This document shows, in pieces, positions 15,474-27,311 of a stretch of 64,000 bases of DNA. Under the pieces are notes generated by a model that was not told the origin of the DNA, made no database searches, and saw only the letters and a program-made list of their open reading frames with translations. This DNA comes from the human T2T-CHM13v2.0 reference genome, Homo sapiens. A program made the position numbers and the translations under genes. The stretch is from assembly GCF_009914755.1 (NCBI RefSeq), contig NC_060928.1. One strand, given 5' to 3'. Positions within the stretch are counted from its first letter, which is position 1; each line of letters begins with the position of its first letter.

Positions 15474-16503
15474 CTAGAGCCTCTTTCTTCACCAAATCCT
15501 GAATTCCATGGTAACCTGGGGACTAGGAGACACAAGTAGGGGGCATTCATGGGAAGCAGTTGAACCAGCCCAGGAGAATCCTTCTCTGCAATCAGGCATG
15601 GCTGGCGATAATGGAGACAGGGTGGAAACCACCCTGAGTGAGCCAAGCTGAGTGAGCAGTGCAGAGAGTCAGAACAGGAACGCAGGGAAGGGCTGGCCTG
15701 TCCCCAAATGGAGCTGCGATTCAGAGCTGATGAGCAGTCAGCCTGAGTCACAGAGCACAGGTAGGTCAGACAAGGCAGTGGGTCAGGACCAGGTGGGCAG
15801 TTCAGAAACCAGGAGCTCAACCCTGACGAAAGGGCAGAGAGGCAGTTTGGAATCAGGAAACCCAGGCTTAGCCAGCTGGGTATTGTTGGTATTAGGGATT
15901 AGCCTCCAGGTCACCAGGGCACACATTTATTCATTCACAGGAAAAATATATTTTAGCATCCATGATGGGCCAGACACTCTGCTAGGCCCCAGGATATTAT
16001 GTTAAGGAAAGAAAAAGACACATTTCCTCTTTATGCTATGTACTATGTGCAAGGGAATTGCCCAGATTCCAAGAAATTCTGTTCTCTTATTCCTCTCATT
16101 TCCCAGATACTTCCCACGCTGGTGTCTATTCAGCTTCACTCTTGTGAGTCTACTTCATTTGTTCTTATTGTGTCAAGCCATCTTGTTATATTCTAGTTTT
16201 ATTTTCACTCCTAGGTTTGCTTGCATTAATAAATGGAAAATCTTTAGATTGCATAATATTGTGGCTTCTAGTAACTTTTCGGATTGGTTTCAGACAGTGA
16301 AAAGGGCAAAAAAACAGGTTTGAAAGACTTACAGAGGAAGTTTATGAGATTTACGAATATATGGTTTTACTTGATTGTAAAAGTAGGTATTCATCATGGA
16401 AAACTTCTATTAAAAATCCATATAATGGAACAAAAGTCATTCTTAATACTATCATCTAGAATTAGCAGCTATTACTATTTGGAGGTATTTCCCTCCTTTT
16501 ATG

Positions 16504-16915
16504 CATAGCATCATGCTTAAAAGTGCAGAATGTAAACATGGCTGCTGGGTTCAAAATCTAACTCTGGTATAGATCCAAGACAAAGAAAAACATATGTCCA
16601 CACTAAAACTTACACATAAATATTCAGAGCAGCATTACTTATAATAGAAAGAAAGTGAAAACAACACAAATGTCTATTAGCTGATGAATGAACAAAATGA
16701 CAAAATGTGGTGTGTGTATATGTACATGCATATATATGGATACATATACATATATGCATTTAATGTCTGTGTGTCTTACTCTCTTCATCTGTGAAGTGGG
16801 AATAATAGTAGCACCTCCCTCCCCAGATTGTGTAAGAATTAAATTAATTAATAGAGGGAAACAGCTTAGAAGAGTGCTTCACACATAGCAAGTGCTGGAT
16901 ACATTTTGGATTCTA
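16504..16915 (+). mobile_element. MIR split by a short plus-strand L1M ORF2-end fragment (~16568-16760)
   Basis: MIR 5' part (CTGGGTTCAAAATCTAACTCTG), L1 (AAACATATGTCCACACTAAAAC...CAAAATGTGG), then MIR 3' part (CTTCATCTGTGAAGTGGGAATAATAG). Confidence 0.75.
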
Positions 16916-17029
16916 TTAGTAATATTGGAAAGAGGAGCAGCAGGAGTACCTTTTACTTAGTTGATATGCAATAAATAATATTGTATTGTTAACATTTCCG
17001 CAACAACAAAATCTTTGTCAATATTATTT

Positions 17030-17545
17030 TAAATGATGCATCTACATTTTCTCAGCTGTTCCTCTACTGTTAAATACGTTGTTTCAAGTTTGAGACTAAG
17101 TTATGCTACAATAAGCATCTTTGTGCACCAAAGATTTTTTTTAGTCATTCCCTTAAAATAGATGATCAGAAGTGGAATTACTGTTTCCAAGCACATAATA
17201 TCTTAGAAACTCCGCATAAGAGCTGCCAAAGTGTTGTTGAAAAGTGTCTTCTAATTTACTCTGTTTAATCTATCTCATGTCACCTGTGTCTGAGACTGCC
17301 TGTTTTACTCTCCCGTCAGCCACATGAAGTGATAATTCTTTTTATAATCTTTGCTAATTGGTATCTGACTGTTCTTTTAAATGAAATTCAATTGTTACTC
17401 AATTTTAAATGAAATTCAAATGTTACTGAGGTTGAATATTTTTTCAAACATTCTCTTTGGAACTTTTTGACCATTTGTACATTGAGTTCTTAGAAAAACT
17501 AAGAACAGTAAGTTTTTTCTTAGACCTTGAAGAGCTCTTTGCACA
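17030..17545 (-). mobile_element. Highly diverged L1ME-type fragment with a 28-bp-period duplication at 17375-17427
   Basis: AGAAGTGGAATTACTG, CTGCCAAAGTG and CTTTGCTAAT, as in L1M ORF2 ends. Confidence 0.55.
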
Positions 17546-18082
17546 CTAAGTATATTTTATATATATATATATATATAAAGTATTTATTATATATATTTAA
17601 TGAAATAGCAAGAGATGTATGTATATAAATTAAATATAAATTGAATAGAAAATAAAATAAATGTTTGGCATAAAAGTAAGTACAGAGAAGCTATCTATTT
17701 CACTCATGACCCAACTAGGTCTTGAGGTGTTTAGATAATTACAAGTAACTTTCTTCCTCAAATTTCAATTTCTACTTTTCTTTGTCACTACTCTTCATTA
17801 GAAAGTGGTTCTTGAAAGATCAGAAATTGTTAGTAAGAAATTCTGGCCAGAAGAAGTAAATTTTGAGATCATATGTGATTTCTCATTTTAATAAAAGATC
17901 TACCTGAGAAATGAAAGGATTGGAATTCTAATCCAATACCTATTTGACTATAAAAGTCTTTTAAAAATCTTTCAGAAGGCACCCTGCTTTCTGCCCAAGA
18001 CGTTCAAGGCAACATTCAAGAACTGCCACACTCAAAGTCTGTGCCCCTATTACTCTGACCTCTCTCTGTTTTATTTTTATAG

Positions 18083-18114
18083 CTGTGTTCCCAAGGATTC
18101 CCCTAGAATACAAG
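18083..18114 (+). ncRNA. Candidate 32-nt internal exon of a plus-strand transcript
   Basis: Branch point CTGAC (A at 18058), then CTCTCTCTGTTTTATTTTTATAG acceptor and AAG|GTAAAT donor. Confidence 0.45.
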
Positions 18115-18771
18115 GTAAATACTCTCATATTTAATCTAGTCTTCAGATAAACCTAATCTGGTCTGGCAGCTGTAATTTTTAAGGAGCTTTCATGTTTTAA
18201 TGACTGCTTTATCACTGCAAAACTGAGATGTGTGAACTGCAAACCCTCTGTGATATAGAGCTACACCCTTTTTGTTGAAACACTTGCTGAGTTTTATTAA
18301 CCAAGAAATGTTTGTTTAGCAAATCATGGAGTTTTATGATCTATAATACATAGTTCCATATCATGTAAGATTTCTATGGATTTCTAAACACAAAACCATC
18401 TTCAAAGAAGCAGAGGTCCCCAGGTTTGTTTGGAAAGACCCATAATTAACTCTTAGTACATGACAGCATTTAACAGGGGACAGGCTTTGGGAACAGGGTG
18501 TGTTTTCTGTAAATGACAACTCCTTTCATAAAAACAAAAACACTATCTCATTGGACAAGTCCTGCTAACAGATTTTTTTTAATCCAAAATTGTGTTTTTG
18601 TTTTTTGCATGCTTAGTTTGCCCTCATTGAGGATGTAGGTAGAAGTGAGTGGGGATGATAAGGGTTATTGGGGAGGACTGGGTGGGGTACATTGTTCTAA
18701 TGACAAAAAGTAGGATTGTTACAGCAGTTGTACAGACTAAATGAAAATTCAGTGTACTTTTTTTTTCACAG

Positions 18772-18870
18772 ATGTCAGAGAGCGTAGTTGAACTGAATTT
18801 GAAATTACTTAAACGCCAATCATAGTCCTTGATATGGAGGAATAAATATTTTCATAACATTTAGCATCTA
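18772..18870 (+). ncRNA. Candidate terminal exon with polyA signal
   Basis: TACTTTTTTTTTCACAG acceptor; AATAAA at 18841-18846; downstream U/GU-rich TTATGTTATGTATTTATTT at ~18890-18910. Confidence 0.4.
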
Positions 18871-19959
18871 GTAACAAAGCAGTCATACATTTATGTTATG
18901 TATTTATTTGAGCTACATACTGTAACTGCTACAAACCCAGTACTGCATTGCATGAGGCGGATTCAAAGACAATAAAGAGATGAAATCCCAGTTCCTGCTT
19001 TCATATTCAAATTGATCGTTTCTTAACTTTCTCCCTCCCTGGCTCTTTTCTTCCTTTCCTTCCTTCCCTCCACTCTTTTCATACCAACAAAGCAGTGATA
19101 ACAAAGAATGGACAAAGGTCTCAGAGAGGTTAGGGAAACTGAAGCCCAGAAAGTCTAACGTTTTATAGGATGTTCCATACTGTAAGTTTCCCTTACTGTA
19201 ACATGAAAGTAACAACACATACCACACAGGGGGATCTAAGAAACATACAAATGTCCTCAAAGTGATCCACTCAAACCAAGCACTCAATAATGCAGGGTAA
19301 AATTTTGTCTCTCATCAAAAAGGGGAGCAAAGGGGAGAAAGGTTTTCTAGACCAAGGGAGTGTCCTGTGTAAAATTTACCAACACAAGAGATTTTGTTCA
19401 GAACCATTAAAGTTTCATTAGAATCCTTGCTCAAGAGGAAGACGATATAAGATAAGATAAAGAAATAAGTAGCTCTTAAGAGCTTTGCTTTCCATGCTAA
19501 GGAGCTTGGATGTGATCCTGGAGGAGATGGAATTTAAATAGGGAAGCTGTGTGATTATATGTACTGGAGATGAATGAGATCAAAGCCAGAGTGATCGGTT
19601 AGGAGTCTCATAGAATAGTGAAAGCAGGTGAGAAACTAATCTACGACAGTATCAGAAGGGATAAAGCTTACACATATTTAAGAGAAAAAGATAAATAGGC
19701 CTTGCATAAAAGACATGCTCAAAAAGTCTCTATTTCAAACAAAAAAATTCATGGACCAACAATACAGTGCTGGCTGTTGAATACCCCTCTGACTTCAATC
19801 ACTTTCAGATTCACCTCATCTTCAGGAGAAGCAAAGAAATGTAAATGTTTATTGGTGTTTTATTAATAATTGTTTCACTAATCTAGTTGACAAAGGATGG
19901 TTCCTACAATTCCACTTTTATTACAAACCTCATGCACAATAAATCCCCAGTGTTTCCTA

Positions 19960-20150
19960 CAGGAAGGTTCTAGCCTTTACTGAGTTCACCAAGCCCGTGA
20001 GCTAGATATTATTGTTGCCCCGTCACAGATTAAAAATCTGAAGATCAGAGAGGTTTGGTAACTTGGGCAAGGTCACACAGTGACTATGTGACAAAACTAC
20101 AATTAGGAGTCAAATTCATGTGACCTCAAATGGTAAAACTTTCCACCACA
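19960..20150 (-). mobile_element. MIR
   Basis: CAGATTAAAAATCTGAAGATCAGAGAGGTTTGGTAACTTGGGCAAGGTCACACAG (antisense MIR core). Confidence 0.8.
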
Positions 20151-20179
20151 AGATATTACTGTAGTATGGTAAAAGACAT

Positions 20180-20360
20180 TGATTCTCAACACCATCTTGA
20201 TATCAAAATTACTACGGGATTTTTTTTTTTTAAGCAGAAATGTTTAGGTCCCATCTCAGATTTCCCAAGTCAGGATTTCCTGGGGAAGAACAGTGGCAAC
20301 AACGCTTTTCAAAACATCCCTGAAAAGTTCTAATGTGTAGGCTGAGTTGGGGAGCCTACT
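20180..20360. mobile_element. MER5-type hAT-Charlie remnant
   Basis: ATTCTCAAC...ATCAAAATTAC...TTCTAATGTGTAGGCTGAGTTGGGGAGCC. Confidence 0.55.
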
Positions 20361-20789
20361 TCGTGGAGGTAAGAACGAAGTTCTGCCTACATTGGAAAGT
20401 TAAATGAAATGAAGGAATCCACACTCCTCCTCATCAGTTGGGAGGGTGATGGATCATACTTCCATCCAGTCCTTATATTCGTCCATATAAAAAGACCCTA
20501 CAGTATTAGAAACAATGAGCTACAGCAGAGTGGGCAGAATTAAATCTCATACCTTTCATTCCATGTAACCTGAGAAGTAAATATGGTGCATAGTGCTCCA
20601 ATATCTCCCAACTCAAATCTGAATTGATAGATGGGAAAGGAAGTCAGAGTTTCAAGGAGAAGTACAGAAAAGAAATAGATTCTTTCTTGGGCCTTTCCAG
20701 AAGATGCTACAATAATTTTATTGTAATTCTCTGATTAATTTCCTCTACATCAAGGATCTCAACTAAAAACTATAAATTGATAGTCAAGA

Positions 20790-21105
20790 TTTTTCCCTTC
20801 CCTCTACCCAGCTTCCTCTGACTAACTCCTGCTCATTCTCAACAAATCAATTTAAAGGCAGCCTTACCTGACTCTCACACTCTTCTATAAGTCCTCTCTT
20901 ATGTTCTCCCACAGTGTCCTGTGTCTACCACTATTACAGCCTTAAGTGCTAGGTAGTGCAATCATTGCATGTATTATCTGTCTCTGTCTAGACTTTAAGG
21001 TTCCCGAGGGCAAAGAGTTTCTTAGTTCACTTTATATCTGTAAAATCTAACACAGAGCCTACCACAGAATATGTGCTCAGTAAATACTTCTGAAATGAAT
21101 GAATA
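20790..21105 (+). mobile_element. L2 3' end
   Basis: CTAGACTTTAAGGTTCCCGAGGGCA...GTGCTCAGTAAATACTTCTGAAATGAATGAAT. Confidence 0.8.
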
Positions 21106-22339
21106 TATGAAGAAAGGAAGAAATGAAAAAAGAAAGAGGTGGTGAGAAGGGAAGGAGAGAAAGGAAGAAGGAAGGAAATTGGCAATGTCCTTTGGAGATT
21201 ACTGTCAATACAACTTCTCTCCAACCTCAATGGCTGAAAGATAAATAGTGTGATATGAAATAACTATTTCAATGGTAAAAATAAAGAAGAAATGGGCAGA
21301 TATATTATCTCAGATCAAGATGATTGTAACAAAGTTGAAATTTCCTATAAGGTTTCTTCTATTACTGCATATGAATTACCTTCTATTCCACCTAAATAGC
21401 CTATTTACAGACACGGATGGGTAAGAAAGGGCAACGATGCCCCCCAGAGGCTAAAGGCAGGAGCTTGGAAAGCAGCCATCATTTATTTACTATTGGCAGA
21501 GAGCTCAAGGATATCTATGGAGGGGGTGACTAAAATAAAGGGCAGTTTCCTGCATAAAATGGTAATTTGAAGGCTGAGGGCAGAGGGTAAAAAACAAAGT
21601 GGTGTACCAGAGGCTATTTTTTTTCACATTATTATTTGCTTCTGGGGCACAAAATGCAGTTTAGTAACATAAAAATATAGTCTCAGTGATTTGCAAGTGA
21701 GTAGCACCACCAGAGATATTACAGAAACCTGAATTAAATTAAATTAAAATATTCCTCATAGGTTACATTAACACCTGTAGTATTTAATCCCAATATTGGA
21801 AATCCAGTAGATGTATTGGATAAATCCCAAATCTACATCTACAAAATTATTTACTCCTCATAGATGAGGACTGGGTTTTCTATTGCTGAATCCTCATTGG
21901 CTTCTGAGGACCTGGCACTGAGTAGATGATAAACAAGTGTGTACTGAACAAATGCATGCATGTGCCCATATGTTTTAAGATGATTATATGCATTTGCTTG
22001 GCTGACAGTTAAAATGCTTCAGCTGACTAATGTGCTTCCATGACTTCTTGATTGGGCCACTATATGCTGAGCCTTCTGTTCTAAGCATTAATGTTTATTG
22101 TGCTTTCTTATTAGGAAATTAAAACAGCAAAACAGTATTAACAATAATTAGCCTTGGAAATAAGAGTAAGCCCACACACAATATAGTGCTTACTAACAGC
22201 CCATAATAACGACAGGACTCATCAAAAATAACTACCCCATTAAGTTGAAAGTATAATTGTCAAAAGAAACACTATCTCTTCATTGGCCAGGCATTAGTGA
22301 GCCAATGGATTTCAGGGGTAGCATTCACATTTAGAGGCT

Positions 22340-23290
22340 ATTCCAATGTTTCACTGCCTCAAATCTCCTCTGACCCAACCTTCACTCCCTTCAGCTCAGC
22401 ACATGCCCTTAACATTTACTTCACTAAAAAAAAGCAGGCCATCGAGAATTTCACCTCCTCACTGTGTCCTAAAAATGCCCTGAGTCTGATTCTTTTCTTT
22501 CCCTTGCCGACTCTGTCTCAGAAGAAAGTGGGCTCTCCTCACCTTTCGGCGCTCCAGATCGCATTCTCCTACAACCTCCTACCAAGAAACTAAAGCTCTC
22601 ACACAGCTCCATCCCTGTAACTAATTCCAGCTCTTCCTCTGGCTCTATTGGTTTATTCCCCAACACCACCTATGATTGTTCCCCAACACCACCTATGATT
22701 GTTCCAACACCGCCTATGATTGTTCCATCTTTAAAGTTTCTTCCTTGACCCCTTTTCCTTATCCAGTTCTCTCCTCTCTTTCTCAAACTTTCCAGAAGAG
22801 AGGCTAATGCAAAAGTATCCTCTTCCACCCTTCCCAGTCGCTCCTTAGTTCACTACATCTGTGTCTTGTACCCAACATTTTATCAGAACTACAATGATAA
22901 ACTATAATAAGAATTATTGCCAAGGATTTCCAGATCAGTGGTCCAGTGGACTGGTTGTTATGCATTTATCTTTCTGGACTCCACCCTCCACATCCACCAC
23001 CATTCCCTCTCTTCCTCCTAGCAGTACAACACTCAAAAGAGGTGCATCACACAATCTCCCTTCATTATTCTACTTGGAGCTCCTGGACAAAGTGACTCCA
23101 CCTTGTATATTGAACACATTTCTGGTTTTGTATTTTTCAAATTATATTCTAATGAATATGCTTATACTTCTGTCTTCCTTTTCAGATTTTGAGCTTCTTG
23201 CAAGCAGAAAAAATATCAGAATCATCTGCCTCACAAGTGTCTGGCACAGTGCTTGTCACATAAAGATGGCCCACAAAACTTCAATGACAG
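22340..23290 (+). mobile_element. Degraded L2
   Basis: Pyrimidine-rich L2 body ending GAGCTTCTTGCAAGCAG...CAGTGCTTGTCACATAAAGATGG. Confidence 0.6.
22658..22727. repeat. Minisatellite, 3 copies of a 21-23-bp unit
   Basis: CCCCAACACCACCTATGATTGTT twice (exact), then CCAACACCGCCTATGATTGTT. Confidence 0.95.
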
Positions 23291-23739
23291 AAGAGGGAAA
23301 GGAAAGAAGTCTGACAGATATCTAACTATATCCAAGAAAGACATGAAAATTCATTGATTTATAAATTTGCATATAAAATGTAAAGAAAGAAAAGTAATAT
23401 CCTATATCAGAGATGGCTCTTTGTTTTAGACCTCATAGAATTTCAGGCTGCCTTAAAGATTATCCTTCCTTAAAGAGAAGAAAGAAAGGAACAGAAAGTT
23501 AACGTTATTCTTTTCGAATCTACATAATTAAAGGGTGAAAAAAATAAGCCTAAAATGTACATCCCCAAATCCAATGCACTTTCTATTATCCTATATATTT
23601 ACTTTCTCAAAAATTAATTTCTCAATTATTTAATTACAAAAAAAAAAGGTTGAATGCTTATTTGTTAGGATTGTTGCAGGTGTTCAAGGAACAAAACAAT
23701 TGTAGTACCTGTTCGCATGGTATAGACAGACAATAAACC

Positions 23740-24510
23740 AACATAAATAATAAAATGTCAAGTAACTACTAAGAAGAAAAATAAAGCAATATAAAAATAT
23801 AGCTAATGACTGAGAAGGAGTGCAATTTTCAGAAGTGCTAGTAATAAAAGATTTATCTGAGGAGATGAGATTTGAATAGAAAACTAAATTATGTTTTGAG
23901 TTATTTAAGGAGCACACCGTGAAAGATGTAACAAGGGGAAGTAAGAATGAAGGCCCTGAGATGTGAATGATCTTGGTGTGATCACAGAGTCATGAAGAAT
24001 AGAAATGAGAACATAATGCAAGTGATTCTGGAACGTGTCAGATCATGGAAAGTGTTGGAGACCACTGTAGAGATTTAGATACTACACGAATATTACAGGT
24101 GTTGGAGTAGGAATTAACTCTGTTAAGATCAACCTAGGTGTTAGCGGATTGGATTGTAAGGGGGCAAGAGAAGGAGTACAGAGACCTGCTAGGAGGCTAT
24201 TGCAAGAGTCCATCTTAGAGATCAATTAATGGGTCAGGATGGAGAGCTGAGTGCTGGAAAGCAGCCAGATGTGTGATGCATTTTGAAGGTGGAGATGAGT
24301 GACTCTTCTTAGCCTACTTGAATGGAGGCTGTAGGAAAGGAGAGGATAAAGAAGAATTGTTAGGGATTTACCAGAGAAGCCAAATGAAGTGGGTGCCATA
24401 TGCTGAGATGAGGAAGCCCAAAGGAATAACAGGTTAGGAATGGAAGGAAATCAGGAATTCCACTGGGACATGTACAGGTTGAGATGTTTTTTGGACTTTT
24501 AATGTATAGA
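23740..24510 (-). mobile_element. L2 fragment
   Basis: TCTGAGGAGATGAGATTTGAAT, GAGACCTGCTAGGAGGCTATTGC and TTTTGAAGGTGGAG. Confidence 0.75.
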
Positions 24511-26019
24511 TCATCGTGCCTCTTATTTCTATTGCTGCTGAGAGCAGTTCAGTTCTGCGGGTGTTTTTAAAAATTCACTCCATGTTATTGGCCAATTGAC
24601 CAGATAGATCAAAAACTCAGAAGAGACAAAGCTCGTTTTCCAGAAACACTCTCAACCAGCCAGGTAAACAATACACATTCAAAGCCAAGTACCAAATCAA
24701 TGTTTATGAATTAGCTAAACCTCAGATAATGTCAATGTAACGCCACAATAAAAAACACATCTTAATATTTGCCTCTGCTTTCCCTTAAACTGTATTCATA
24801 AGGATATTTCCCTGCCCCTAAATGAAGATTCAGGCAAGTTCAAAACTTTTCTGGTTAATCTTAGATAGTACTTCAGACAAATTTTAGTCATACAAACAAT
24901 CTCTATTTAGAAAATAAAATGTTCAGATGCATGCAATGATCACAATTCTGAACTTAGCTTGAAATTTCTTAGCTCAGATCTTCTGTGGTTACTTTTTTGC
25001 TCAGCACCAAGGACCAACCAGAGGAAAGAGGAGGAGCTGTAAGGAAATGTAGAGGTCCTCACATGACTGGAGGCTACAGACTCTCTAGGTCTGGCAGGAA
25101 GCTAAGCTCTCCCTTGCATAGGAGAGTTTGCATGTGTTCTTCAGAAAACTTCCTCCACTTCCGTTGACCAAGGCAAATGCTTCTCTAGGTGGGCTGGGCA
25201 CTCTCAACTCCTTCTTCAGCTCTTGAGTATCCAGCAGCTAATCTCTTTCTCCCTCTGAATTTCCTGGTGGGTGGGAGGGAGTCAAACTCTGTCCAGAGTC
25301 TCTTAGCTTTGTAGGTATCGGTTGGGCACGCACCAGTCCTCTATGGAGGAACCCACCAAAGAGTTCTCTGAGTAGCCTCCTGGAATCAATTACTAGACCA
25401 GAGTTTACATGAGTGGGGCTAGAGAAAGAGGATGGGGACTCACAGTTGGTCCATATGTTCTAGAAGGAATTCGCTTTGCCAATATCCTAGCTACATCCCT
25501 CACCAACATCCCCTCTCATCTCTTACTCTTTGTTATAACCCTGTTCTAACCAAAGTGGCCAAAGACTTTTGGCTAGGTTCTCTTTGAGACCATTTTCTTT
25601 GTAAATCGATATATAAAGCAGAGGAAGTCAATTTCACATCCAAATGGATATTTGATACCTATTTGTATTGATGCTTTCAAGTCCCTTCATATGTGTAAGC
25701 TGCTGTAGGAGAAGCATCCCCACAGGAAGTAAGAGAGAGATCTCCTGTCTGACTCTTCAGGGACTGAGTCCCAATCAGAACCATTTTCTTCTTGCATACC
25801 TTCCATCTTGCTTCACCTTCCTTGATTTGCTCAGTAATTAACAATTTTCAAAAACTGATTTACAGTCATTAAAAAAACTAACCATAAATATATCCGCCAG
25901 ACAAAGCATACAGTTTAAAAAGGTTGTTTATAAAACAGTATCATTTCCACGTATCTCCATATTCTTGTCTCAAGTTTCTCTGTACCTGGTCTCTTCTGCT
26001 CATGCAATAGCTGAAATCA

Positions 26020-26054
26020 TTGCACCCTCTTGTGGTAACGTCTAAGTCCTGCAG
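26020..26054 (-). promoter_or_regulatory. CTCF-type motif with upstream module
   Basis: The minus strand reads CTGCAG-N13-CCACAAGAGGGTGCAA, in unique DNA. Confidence 0.5.
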
Positions 26055-27311
26055 AATTGTAGACCTTGACTGTCCAGCTTTGGACCATTTCCCATCCACA
26101 TTTTACTTCCTAGAGGCTGTACGGGTCTCACTTATTCATCATGGGCTTAAACGTGAGTGATATGAGTATTCTAAATGACTTTTTTTAAATCTCTATACTT
26201 CAAGTAACTTTTACCAAAAGATATTTTGTCTGAAATTAATATGAATGTAACATTTCAATTCCAAAGCCATTACACACATTTGCAATTTATCTCTTGCTGA
26301 TGACACTGTCCCTATCTCTTGCCTCTACTGTCCCTTAAGCTTTCTTCATGGGGATAGTCTTCCCCACCCCTAGATGAAGATTAGGGCAAATCCATAAGAA
26401 ATAATCATGATGACACTATAAGACATTAAAAAGTAAGTTATCCTCCATTTTCATTAAGGGATTTGTCTTTTTAATTAAGCTTTTTATTTTGACATAATTA
26501 TAAATTAACATGTAGTTCTAAGAAATAATACAGAGATCCTGTGTACCCTTTACCCAGTTGTTACTAACTGTAATATCTTGAAAAACTATAGTATAATATC
26601 AAAACCAAGTTATTGAGATTGGTGCGGTAAATAAACATAAATTTTTCATCCCCACAAGGGCCCCTCATTTTTTCCCTTTTATCTTTTTCACCTCCATCAC
26701 TCTCCTATCCTCACCCATTGTTTAATCTTGGGCAGTAACTAGCCTTTTCTACATTTCTATAACTTTGTCATTTCAAGAATGTTATTATATAACTGAAACC
26801 ATACAGTGTGTAACCCTTGGGGATTACCTTTTTTTCACTTAGCACGATTCTCTGGAAAATCATCCAGGTTGTTGTGCACATCAGTTTGTTCCTTTTTATT
26901 GCTGTGTAGTATTCCATGGTATGAATGTACCATTGTTTATTTAACCATTTGCCCAATAAAGAACATCTGGTTTGTTTCCAGTTTTGACCTATTAAAAATA
27001 AAGCTGCTAAAAGCATCTCTATGCAGGTTTTTTTGTGAATATAAGTTTTTGTTTTTCTAGGATAAATGCTCAGGAGCACAATTGCTGGGTTATATGGTAC
27101 ATGTTTACCTTTTTGAGAACTGTTTTCCAGGGTGGTTATACCGTTTTACATTCCCACCAGCAATGTGTGAGTGAGCAAATTCCTACATATCCATGCCATC
27201 ATTTGGTGCTGTCACTATATTTTATTTTAGGCGTTCTGATGGTGGCTAGAAATATTTCATTGTGGGCTAAATTTACAATTTGTTGATGGGTAATGGTGTG
27301 GAACATCTTTT

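Noticed and set aside
22658-22727. CRISPR-like direct repeats
   Set aside because: The units are contiguous with no spacers, there are no cas genes, and the context is mammalian. This is a minisatellite.
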